Assembly: GCA_035389045.1 (NCBI GenBank)
Contig: DAOORA010000029.1
Location: forward strand, 1-49,250
Length of the DNA: 49,250 bases
Origin: Bacteroidales bacterium
GTDB taxonomy: Bacteria > Bacteroidota > Bacteroidia > Bacteroidales > CAIWKO01
Direction: 5' to 3'
Within the stretch, counting starts at the first letter, position 1, and each line of letters starts with the position of its first letter. The translations under genes were made by a program, and so were the position numbers. This document shows, piece after piece, positions 40,502-48,886 of this stretch. Below the pieces are notes generated by a model. It worked only from the letters and a program-made list of their open reading frames with translations, had not been told where the DNA came from and made no database searches.

Positions 40502-41398
40502 TTATTTAAGGGTCAACTGGGTCTGGCCGATTTCCTTACCATCGGTAAATACGGCGATATGGTATGTCCCGGCAACAATACGGTCGGTTTTTTCATAGTA
40601 CAGATTTACATTGATCGGGGTTCCTTTGTAATAAACCTGTTCCTGAAGGGAATACATAATCTGCTGGCCATCGTATTCGAAGGAATTTCCTTCATTGAGG
40701 ATGGCATTATCCGGTCGTGCAATACGGACATAAACTGTTTTTAAGCCTTCGGTGACCAATGGATTTTTGGATAAGGTGAATGAAATTTTTATTTTTTCAA
40801 TTCTCTTGGCTTTATCTTCTAACTCTTCTTTTTTACCTCCCTGTCTGATACGGATTCCATAGGCGTTGAGCGAATGTGCCTGAAGAACGGCTGCCTGATT
40901 GATCTGCTCTTTCAGGGCTTCTTTATCTTTTTCAAGCAACTGGCTTTTATCTTTTTCCAGTTTTATATTTTCCTGCATTCCTTTTACTTCGGTTTTCAGG
41001 TTTTCATTTTCTTTAAGTAACTTATCTATTTGTGCCACATAATCCTGGGTTATGCCTCTGAGGTAGTCCAGTTTGCGTTGGATTTGATGTTTTCCGGCAT
41101 TGCTTTCAATAAGTTTCTGAATTTCGTCGGCCTGTGCCTGTATGGTACTGTCTTTAAGGCTCAGATCTTTTGTCAGATTCCCGTATTCGGTTCTGATCTT
41201 TTCATGTTCGGTCAGCAGAGAATCAAGTTCATTTTGTAAAACTGCCCGCTCACTGACAGCTTTGTCCTTTTCGATAATAAAAGTATTAACTTTGGAACGA
41301 CTTAGTATGAGCATAACCAGCAGGGCAAGAATAACAGCGGATTCAATACCTATAATTATTTTATATTTTTTTACTTTATTTTCGCCAACGGTGTCCAT
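40502..41398 (-). CDS. Membrane-anchored coiled-coil protein with C-terminal beta domain, paralog 1
   Basis: Same architecture (KIKISFTL.KN...VYVRI.RP...GTYHIAVF); TAATTTTG (minus strand) at 41415-41422. Confidence 0.8.
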   Translation of the reverse strand: MDTVGENKVKKYKIIIGIESAVILALLVMLILSRSKVNTFIIEKDKAVSERAVLQNELDSLLTEHEKIRTEYGNLTKDLSLKDSTIQAQADEIQKLIESNAGKHQIQRKLDYLRGITQDYVAQIDKLLKENENLKTEVKGMQENIKLEKDKSQLLEKDKEALKEQINQAAVLQAHSLNAYGIRIRQGGKKEELEDKAKRIEKIKISFTLSKNPLVTEGLKTVYVRIARPDNAILNEGNSFEYDGQQIMYSLQEQVYYKGTPINVNLYYEKTDRIVAGTYHIAVFTDGKEIGQTQLTLK

Positions 41399-41474
41399 CA
41401 CGTGATATTTTTTACAAAATTACTTAATTTTATCAATATATATAAAGAATAAACTCAAAATACCGGTATCTGTT

Positions 41475-42164
41475 GTGTCATACTTTTATGATTTTATATC
41501 GTTGTTTATTCCGCGTGTTTGTTACTCATGCGGTAATACGCTGTTCAGGCACGAAGAGGTTCTTTGCAGCTATTGTCTTCACCAGCTTCCGAAAACAAAT
41601 TATCATGCCGAAGAAAACAACCCTGTTTGTATGATTTTCTGGGGAAGGGTAACTATAAACCACGCATCCTCGATGTATTATTTTGCCAAAGGCGGCAAGG
41701 TTCAGCATTTGCTTCACCAGTTAAAATATAAAGGGATAAAAGAAATCGGCATATATACCGGTAAGTTATACGGTGTAACCCTGAAAAAATCGCCTTTTTA
41801 TACCGATGTCGATGTGATAATTCCCGTTCCTCTTCATCCCAAAAAACAAAGGAAAAGAGGTTATAATCAGAGTGAGATGTTTGCGTGCGGTCTGGCGGAA
41901 GCATTTTCGAAGCCTTATGATATCAAAACCCTTGTGCGCACGTATGCTTCGGAAACGCAGACAAAAAAATCAAGGTTCCGGCGTTGGGAAAATGTAAAAG
42001 AGATTTTTGCATTAAAAGACCATCAGCATATGATCAACAAGCATATACTGCTGGTTGATGATGTGGTGACTACGGGCGCCACCCTCGAAGCCTGTGCAAA
42101 CATGCTGCTTCAGATTCCCGGGGTAAAGGTAAGTATTGCCACTATTGCCTGTGCGATCCGGTAG
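41475..42164 (+). CDS. comF: ComF family protein (zinc ribbon plus PRTase domain)
   Basis: CxxC...CxxC, PVPLH, RGYNQS and LLVDDVVTTGATL motifs; GTG start. Confidence 0.93.
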   Translation: MSYFYDFISLFIPRVCYSCGNTLFRHEEVLCSYCLHQLPKTNYHAEENNPVCMIFWGRVTINHASSMYYFAKGGKVQHLLHQLKYKGIKEIGIYTGKLYGVTLKKSPFYTDVDVIIPVPLHPKKQRKRGYNQSEMFACGLAEAFSKPYDIKTLVRTYASETQTKKSRFRRWENVKEIFALKDHQHMINKHILLVDDVVTTGATLEACANMLLQIPGVKVSIATIACAIR

Positions 42165-42201
42165 CGTTTTCGAGTTACCGGTAGTGCGGCTCAAGGCACT
42201 C

Positions 42202-42328
42202 GTCTAACGACAAGCATATCACAAAGCTAACTGCTTTTTGGACATTTGCAAAATGAAAATAACTTTCGCGAAGCGACCTTGAATTTGCAAATACTTTGAT
42301 GTCCACACGCATTACTGGGGGGTTGTGC
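42202..42328 (-). repeat. Degenerate attC-like site F
   Basis: Coding strand: TAG stop overlapping GCACAAC ... GTTAGAC; 119 bp AAC-to-GTT; inner stem TGGACAT/ATGTCCA and TTGCAAA/TTTGCAA; outer arms do not pair. Confidence 0.5.
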
Positions 42329-42620
42329 TATGTAACTGTTTTATTTGTAAATTCATACAATTTGTCAGTGTTTATTCCTTTTTCTGTTACCTTTTGCCAA
42401 TTTATTTTTGTCAGTGATTTTAACCTTAAAGTGTCTTGAAAGAGTTTAAACGCTTTTTTTGACAATTACTATTGTAGTATTCTTCAATAGTGCTTGATAA
42501 CTCTGCAATCATCTCGCACGTAAAATCATTTTCCTCAGTTTCGAGATTCATAGTTATATTATAAAACACAAAATCAAATTGATGCGATGAGTCTATCTGT
42601 TCGAAAATAACACCTTGGTC
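42328..42620 (-). pseudogene. Decayed cassette ORF remnant
   Basis: DQGVIFEQ...MNLETEENDFTCEMIAEL... shifts frame near the T7 tract (42454-42460) into KKAFKLFQ...NKTVT*, whose TAG overlaps site F; upstream in-frame stops. Confidence 0.5.
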
Positions 42621-42693
42621 TTATAATTTTATTTTTCGTAATTATTAATAGAATATACAGATTCTTCTTGGCATGAACATTCAATTTATATTC

Positions 42694-43020
42694 AACCAGA
42701 TTCAACTGCTTATTTAATAGGAATAATAGGTTAATATTAAGAAAATCTCCGCGCCTTTTGGTCCAAATAATATCACCCTGCTGTCTCACGAACAAATCAA
42801 TTACTTATGGGCACCTCTAAAAACTTCAAATTTCTTCGTTCATCTTCGTTCTTCAAGTCCTCATGTACGCTCAGTACACTGCGGTTTTCAGAACTTCGAC
42901 TGCCTCGAACTTTTTTGTTTTTAGAGGCGCCCGATCAAGGTTATTAGAGATGCCCTTATTCTAACATTTCCAAACCCACAAAACTCCGCATTAAATAAGC
43001 TTGCAGTTATGCACTGCAAA
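42694..43020 (-). repeat. attC-like site E interrupted by a MITE
   Basis: GTTATGCAC at 43006 just after the FISUMP stop; arms GCTTATTTAAT (42708-42718) and ATTAAATAAGC (42990-43000); about 164 bp once the insertion is removed. Confidence 0.55.
42809..42955. mobile_element. MITE-like non-autonomous element (147 bp)
   Basis: Left IR GGGCACCTCTAAAAAC; right IRs GTTTTTAGAGGCGCCC (42917-42932, 15/16) and GTTATTAGAGATGCCC (42940-42955, 14/16); TTAT direct repeat on both flanks. Confidence 0.8.
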
Positions 43021-43024
43021 TAAA

Positions 43025-43981
43025 TTAGTTCTTTATCAACTTTTGCTGATATCTCTCTTCTTCTTCAGACAATCTAATTAGATAAATTCCTGATGTCAGG
43101 GAACTAATATCTATCCCGTTTGATCCACTTGTCAAATCGCATTGTAAAACACAATCTCCTATAATGTTATACACTTGCATTTTTAAATCTTTTCTGTCGC
43201 CACAGTCAATAATTATTTTATCAATTGCTGGATTTGGATAAATTTGAATTTGTTTATCAATACTGTTCTCATTAATTTGAGTAGCCAAAATATCCATAAT
43301 GCACCTAACTGAAAAACCGGAAGCCTTCTCGTAACTGCCTCGGTTTATCTGAGATTTACTAGGATCCAGTGTGCGTTCCCATACTTGATTACCAGCACTA
43401 CACGCTGTACCTGTCCACCAGTCACCTTGGTCACAAATAGCGTAGAATGTACCATTATTATAGTAACGCCAACCGCCGGGAAGAGCAGTAAAACCACTGC
43501 TATTGGTTGCCCCCGTGTTTAAACTATTCCAATGTGTCGTTCCTACTTCTTTTAATTTATTGCCAATATCTGTACCTGCCCAACCTATGATAGTGGTATC
43601 AATGGTGTTATCCAAATATTTTTCCATAATATTCCATTCTCCATCACTGGGAACATGCCAGCCTGTTGGACATATATTATTGGCCTCGGTGGCAGCATAC
43701 CAATTGTATAAAGCACCATAAATAGGTGCATAAGTACTGGAATCATTATCATAATAACATCTTCCACCAGTATTAAGACTGATCCATGTTGCGTTAGATG
43801 TAATATTTGGAATAGTAGTTCCATCTAAATAATGTGTAACTTTCAAATTTTCTTTCATCCAAACCTGTGTTCCAATAGTAAGAGTATTATAAACATTCCC
43901 GTCGATGTCTGTTACTGTTTGTGCTTGATTCTTAAATGTTAAAAATGCGAGTCCGGCAAATAGTAAAATTGCGTGTTTCAT
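43025..43981 (-). CDS. FISUMP (Fibrobacter succinogenes major paralogous) domain protein with T9SS sorting domain
   Basis: DIDGNVY, QVWMKENL, YGALYNWYA, CPTGWHVPS, GFTALPGG and GFSVRCI motifs; C-terminal IYPNPA...GIYLIRL...KLIKN. Confidence 0.92.
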   Translation of the reverse strand: MKHAILLFAGLAFLTFKNQAQTVTDIDGNVYNTLTIGTQVWMKENLKVTHYLDGTTIPNITSNATWISLNTGGRCYYDNDSSTYAPIYGALYNWYAATEANNICPTGWHVPSDGEWNIMEKYLDNTIDTTIIGWAGTDIGNKLKEVGTTHWNSLNTGATNSSGFTALPGGWRYYNNGTFYAICDQGDWWTGTACSAGNQVWERTLDPSKSQINRGSYEKASGFSVRCIMDILATQINENSIDKQIQIYPNPAIDKIIIDCGDRKDLKMQVYNIIGDCVLQCDLTSGSNGIDISSLTSGIYLIRLSEEEERYQQKLIKN

Positions 43982-44150
43982 ATTTAAAAAATTTGTGTGT
44001 AAAATTGAATTAGTGATTGACTACTTTGGCTTTATGTTAAAAAAGTGTCAAAAATATTTTATTTATTCTTGGTTGGTATGGCCTTGTGGATTTATGGAGA
44101 TTTCATAATGTCTTGTTTCGTTAGTTGTTAATAATCAAGGTTTTTATTAG

Positions 44151-44292
44151 GTACGACGATCCCGTGGCTGCTTTTCGCCCCGCAATTTAGTAACTTTCTT
44201 GTCAAAATAAACCATAATTTTCAAATTTTCACAATCCTGTCAACCGTGCTATGCCTGCGGGGTGAAAGCAGACACAAGTTATGCAACGTTAA
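44151..44292 (-). repeat. attC-like site D (family 1), distal GTT changed to GTC
   Basis: Plus strand GAC(44155-57)...GTGGCTGCTTTTCGCCCCGCA...TGCGGGGTGAAAGCAGACAC..GTT(44278-80); 126 bp. Confidence 0.8.
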
Positions 44293-44328
44293 TTTTGTTT
44301 TTTTTAATCATGTCGTGTCAGAGTGAAA

Positions 44329-45186
44329 TTAATTCTTGACGACTATTGCTTTTCTAAAATATGTATTATCATTAGTTTTCAGACGATAAATATAAAACCC
44401 ATTTGCACAGTTTTCTGAAGAAAATTCAATAATATATTCCTTGTCTTTATGAACTTCATTGTCAAATATTCTTTTAATGTGTCTGCCATTAATATCAAAT
44501 ATGTCAAGTTTTGCATTAGTATTATAAGGTACGGAAAAAGTGAAACTTGTCTTATCGTTAAAAGGATTAGGAATATTTTTTAATGAAACATTTTTATTTA
44601 TTTGACTAATATTTTCTTCATCAATAGTCACAGGAGTGCAATCCAGAGTTCCAAAACCATTGTTTTGGGTAAGAGTAACTGTACAGACATCAGGGGTGGT
44701 TCTTGATATCATCATAATATAATATTGACCTGTTATTCCATTTGGGATATAACAAAATTCACCAAATGAAGCACTACTACTGCAATCGATCATGTTCAGT
44801 GTTGGATACCATACACTTGGACCCGGAGAGCCATGAGTTGGCGTATAAGTGCCTGCTGTAAGTTGTGCAACACATGGTGTTGTAAGTGAGGTAAAAGGAC
44901 CCCAGCAAACAAAATTAAGATTATACGATGGTGTGCATGTTATTTCAAGAGCAAGGTCCCCTGAATTAAGAATCTTCAAATAAAACCATGAAAAATTAGG
45001 TTGGGGTCCATACAGACAACCATAATTTGGGCCAATTTCTGAACTGTCAGCAAGAGATCCAGCACTTAAATTAACAGGCTGTCCAGTACAAATTAATGTT
45101 GCACTGTCGCATGAAAAGCCCTGTGATTTACAAATGATCGATATTAGGAAAAACACCAGTCCGAAAAAGTAAAATTTTGTCTTCAT
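44329..45186 (-). CDS. Cys-containing secreted protein with T9SS sorting domain (cassette gene)
   Basis: Signal peptide; GPNYGCL...WFY...CWGPF...GQYYIMMI domain; C-terminal PNPFN...GFYIYRL...IVVKN. Confidence 0.85.
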   Translation of the reverse strand: MKTKFYFFGLVFFLISIICKSQGFSCDSATLICTGQPVNLSAGSLADSSEIGPNYGCLYGPQPNFSWFYLKILNSGDLALEITCTPSYNLNFVCWGPFTSLTTPCVAQLTAGTYTPTHGSPGPSVWYPTLNMIDCSSSASFGEFCYIPNGITGQYYIMMISRTTPDVCTVTLTQNNGFGTLDCTPVTIDEENISQINKNVSLKNIPNPFNDKTSFTFSVPYNTNAKLDIFDINGRHIKRIFDNEVHKDKEYIIEFSSENCANGFYIYRLKTNDNTYFRKAIVVKN

Positions 45187-45197
45187 GGTTTTATTTT

Positions 45198-45349
45198 TTA
45201 ATGTTGCATAACGACGGTCGAGGCTTGCTATTCGGCGGGGCGAATCGAAGCCGTTTCCTGTCCAAATACGCTGAGGCTTGATAAAAGAACTGCACTGTCC
45301 TATAAACCGTCTGCCCCGCTGGTAGCAAGCCTTTGTTGTATGCTGGCAA
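45198..45349 (-). repeat. attC-like site C (family 2)
   Basis: Plus strand AAC(45210-12)...AGGCTTGCTATTCGGCGGGGC...GCCCCGCTGGTAGCAAGCCT..GTT(45335-37); 128 bp. Confidence 0.85.
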
Positions 45350-45363
45350 TTTGTTCAATAGCA

Positions 45364-47064
45364 TTAATTTACCCTTTCAAATATTATATTCTTTGCTCTT
45401 GGATTATTTATTACAAGGCTTTTAATTGCTCCGTTTTCTTCTAAAAAGGAAATTGATTGTATTAAACCTAAATTGCTTTTAAATGTCAGGTTTTCTGAGT
45501 GTTCAAGAATTACTTCATTCGGAAAGGTGGAACTTTGAATTATCAATTTATCGTTTTCATATTTAATATCATATTTAATATCAAGCTCCTTAGAATAGAA
45601 AGTACCTATTAACTTGTCGTAATTAATATTTGTTTCTTTTTTGTTTTCTTCAACTTTTAAAGCTAGGTAACTATTTCCATTTTGTTCAAGCGTATGGCTG
45701 TTTACCTTTCCATTTCTTAAATGAAATACGAATTCAGCTTTAGCTTCTTTTACAAAATATACTGAATCTGATTTGGCATATAATTTATAGTTCTTGTTAT
45801 ACATGTTTAAAAAATACTCATCACCTTCTTTGAAAAAAGTCAGATAGCAATCTTTGTCGTCAACCTGTTGGTATTTACCTGCACAAAAAGCGAAAAAATC
45901 ATCGTTTAATTCTTGCTCAGTTGACACACTTTCTTTTGTTTTCTTCTCTGTCTTATCGCCAAATAAAATATCAGCAATGGCATTTAATATTTTTTTAGGG
46001 TCAAGTGTTCCATTATTACTTAAAATAACCACACCAACACTTTCTTCAGGGAAATAAACTATACCTGAGCGGTAACCGCCCCAAGAACCATCATGATAAT
46101 AAGCTTTCTTGTCTTTTATTTCAGTTATGTATAATCCATAACCATAATCTATGGTTTTGCTATTGTTTAAATTACCTTTTGTGGTTATTTTATTAAAAGC
46201 ATCATTGCCACCCAATATCTTACTATTAAAGTTTGTCAACCATTTTGACATATCAGCAGTGCTGCTCATTAGCGAACTAGAACCAAAAGCACTGAGATTA
46301 TTAGAAAAAGAAAGGTAATCTTTTCCATTATAAACATAAGAATTAGCTATTACGTTTTCTTCTGATTTGTTACTTTCAACAAAGTAAGTATTCTCCATTC
46401 CTATAGGAGCAAATATATTTTCATGTATCCAACTTTTAAATGTTGTATCTGTAACGGCTTCAACTATTTTTGCCAAAAGATTGTAATTTGAATTACTATA
46501 TAAAAATTCAGTGCCCGGAGTAAAGTTTAAACTTTCTTGTTTCTTAAGGATTTCATAAATGTCATTTAATGAAAGTGGCTCTTCGGGCTGCCATCCTTTC
46601 AACGCAAATAGCGTTGGCCAATCTCTAATACCGGAGGTGTGATGAACAAGTTGATATATTGTAATGTCACTCATAGCCTCCGATAAATCAGGTAGATATT
46701 TAATGATTTTATCATTAATATTGATTTTACCTTTTTCTTCTAAAAGAGCTATTGCCATTCCTGTAAATTGTTTGCTATCAGAGGCTATATCAAAAATCGT
46801 ATTTTCGGTAATTGGCGTTTTTTTGTCTAAATCAGCAGAACCGAAATTCCCTTTATATAAGATAGAATTCTTCTTTGTAATTATTACCGACAATCCAGGC
46901 TTATTTTTTCCATTTAAATCTCCTGTTTTATTTAAAACTTGCTGTTCAAAGTACGAATCTAATTGTGGTTTCAACGCCCTTTCCTGTACTGTCTTGCACT
47001 GGATAAGACTAATAATTACCATTAATCCTAATCCAAGTGTTCCAATTTTTTTCTTTTTCAACAT
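45364..47064 (-). CDS. Serine hydrolase, beta-lactamase/PBP (AmpC-like) family, possible lipoprotein (cassette gene)
   Basis: SxxK in IASDSKQF, HTSGI, PGTEFLYSNSNY and HDGSWGGY motifs; LIQC possible lipobox. Confidence 0.9.
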   Translation of the reverse strand: MLKKKKIGTLGLGLMVIISLIQCKTVQERALKPQLDSYFEQQVLNKTGDLNGKNKPGLSVIITKKNSILYKGNFGSADLDKKTPITENTIFDIASDSKQFTGMAIALLEEKGKININDKIIKYLPDLSEAMSDITIYQLVHHTSGIRDWPTLFALKGWQPEEPLSLNDIYEILKKQESLNFTPGTEFLYSNSNYNLLAKIVEAVTDTTFKSWIHENIFAPIGMENTYFVESNKSEENVIANSYVYNGKDYLSFSNNLSAFGSSSLMSSTADMSKWLTNFNSKILGGNDAFNKITTKGNLNNSKTIDYGYGLYITEIKDKKAYYHDGSWGGYRSGIVYFPEESVGVVILSNNGTLDPKKILNAIADILFGDKTEKKTKESVSTEQELNDDFFAFCAGKYQQVDDKDCYLTFFKEGDEYFLNMYNKNYKLYAKSDSVYFVKEAKAEFVFHLRNGKVNSHTLEQNGNSYLALKVEENKKETNINYDKLIGTFYSKELDIKYDIKYENDKLIIQSSTFPNEVILEHSENLTFKSNLGLIQSISFLEENGAIKSLVINNPRAKNIIFERVN

Positions 47065-47106
47065 GCTCTGTTAATGTTAAATTTAGAAATGTGCGTTCTG
47101 TTTCTT

Positions 47107-47255
47107 TTGCTTGCATACAACGCCGTGTGGCTGCTTTTGAGCCGCATTTTATTTTCCGTTCCTGTCAAAATTCCCATAGCTTTCAAATTTGTCCCAAACT
47201 GTCAAACTGTCCCGCACTGCGGCTTTAAAGCAGACACGAGTTACCAGCAGGTTTA
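47107..47255 (-). repeat. attC-like site B (family 1)
   Basis: Plus strand AAC(47119-21)...GTGGCTGCTTTTGAGCCGCA...TGCGGCTTTAAAGCAGACAC..GTT(47240-42); 124 bp. Confidence 0.85.
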
Positions 47256-47258
47256 TTG

Positions 47259-48857
47259 TTAATCTTCAAATCCAATTTTCAATATTATTTCTTCACACGC
47301 CTTTGTAATTTTTGCAGTCCTGACATTTTCTGTCGGATAAATTAAATAGCCTGAACTTTGTACAGCTTTGAAATTATATGTCCCGATATTCATATTATAA
47401 GATTGTGACGCTTTGCCAGGTATTGTTTCAATAAACTTACTTCCTTGATATAAGTTGTATGGATTGGAAGATTTATTTTGAAATGTAATGATGCCTTGAT
47501 TCTTCTTCTCACAGTCTGGAGTAAGCAGTTCTTTTAAAACATTTTCAAAAACAGCATCAACCTTGTCTAGTTCGGATTTTATTTTCTTATCAAGATTATA
47601 GTTCTTTATGTCGGCAAGATAATAATTGTTATTACAACAGTTCGAATCACTTGGACAAAAGATGCCTGAACAATTATTGTACTTGACTTCCAAATCCGTT
47701 AAGTACTTTTCGGCTACACTGTTTAATGAAATAAAAACTGGTAAGACCTCATCATATTTGTTCATAATTTTTGTTATATAATTTTGAGGCATCTCAAATT
47801 CATTTAGATTTTGTTTCAATTGTTCTTTACCTGAACCTGTAACTAATTCGTCAAGGAGTGTTTTTGCTGAATATACCTTGATTACTGCTTCATTTATTTT
47901 TGTTAATTGATTTTGTTTCTTGTCGTCCCAATATATTCCTTCAATGCCATATAACGTAAAAGGTGAGTAATAATATTGAGTAATGATGCTTTGATTTGGG
48001 TCGGAAATATTTTTTATTGCACTTTCAATTATTGAAGCAATTGCAACAGCTTTATCCTGTGAATCTCCATTTAAAATGTCTTTTATTTGTCCTTGTATTA
48101 CGCTCTGTTCAATAGCTGGGCCATCAATTTCAACTGAAATTGAGAACTCATTTTGTTCTAATTGTCTATTGGTCCAATTTCCATTTACAATTTCAAAAGA
48201 ACCGGAACCTTTAAGAGGAATATCACCACCTGTCTGAACTGATGAATTTTCATTCTCATTGCTGCTATTCTTAGTTCCTGTCTTGGTTAATATTACAGAA
48301 ATACTACTCTCTTTGCGTATTCCACTAATATAATGAGTGCCATAAAAACTAATAAAATCCTGAAACCTTTTCTGAGTTATAAGCGATTTTGCTTCGGTTA
48401 TTAATTGAGGGTCTGTCTGAAATGAATAAACACCAAAGTCAACATTTGCATTAAATATTAGTCTTTCTTCATCCTTGATATTCTTGTTAGCATATTCTTC
48501 TAATTTTTGTCCGCCTAAGGTGAATAAATTAAGAAAACTGACTTTTCCTGATGCACCTCTTTTTTTAAAGTCATTATACTCAGAATTAGTTTTTGTATAA
48601 AACAAATGAATAGAAGTTTTCTTACCTGTCTGTTGCGGTGTGAGTTTATTCGGGTTTGATGTCTCTGAGGTAAAGCAAGATCTTGTTTGTTTATAAATAT
48701 CGTTTATGTGAAAACCTTTACCAATTTTAATTGGTGGCGCTAAATTGTCCTTGTTAAAATAATTTGCATCGAATACACTTGTGGATTGAGCATGTATGAA
48801 ACTAAATGCTGTCAGTGTCAAGATGAAAGTCAATGTCCTTTTAAGATAACTTTTCAT
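47259..48857 (-). CDS. Secreted protein with MACPF-like signature (cassette gene)
   Basis: True start ATG 48857 (MKSYLKRTLTFILTLTAFSFIHAQ signal); IGKGFHI near the N-terminus and FISFYGTHYISG; the track's longer N-terminus runs through site A. Confidence 0.6.
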   Translation of the reverse strand: MKSYLKRTLTFILTLTAFSFIHAQSTSVFDANYFNKDNLAPPIKIGKGFHINDIYKQTRSCFTSETSNPNKLTPQQTGKKTSIHLFYTKTNSEYNDFKKRGASGKVSFLNLFTLGGQKLEEYANKNIKDEERLIFNANVDFGVYSFQTDPQLITEAKSLITQKRFQDFISFYGTHYISGIRKESSISVILTKTGTKNSSNENENSSVQTGGDIPLKGSGSFEIVNGNWTNRQLEQNEFSISVEIDGPAIEQSVIQGQIKDILNGDSQDKAVAIASIIESAIKNISDPNQSIITQYYYSPFTLYGIEGIYWDDKKQNQLTKINEAVIKVYSAKTLLDELVTGSGKEQLKQNLNEFEMPQNYITKIMNKYDEVLPVFISLNSVAEKYLTDLEVKYNNCSGIFCPSDSNCCNNNYYLADIKNYNLDKKIKSELDKVDAVFENVLKELLTPDCEKKNQGIITFQNKSSNPYNLYQGSKFIETIPGKASQSYNMNIGTYNFKAVQSSGYLIYPTENVRTAKITKACEEIILKIGFED

Positions 48858-48886
48858 TTGTTTAGATTGTTTATGTTTTTTTCTTT

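Noticed and set aside
45364..47064. Calling the serine hydrolase cassette an antibiotic-resistance beta-lactamase
   Set aside because: SxxK and YxN motifs are shared by many peptidases and esterases of this fold; the long C-terminal extension is more like non-resistance members.
47037..47262. Plus-strand 62-63 aa ORFs across site B
   Set aside because: They are antisense to the cassette genes and coincide with the repeat; probably incidental open frames.
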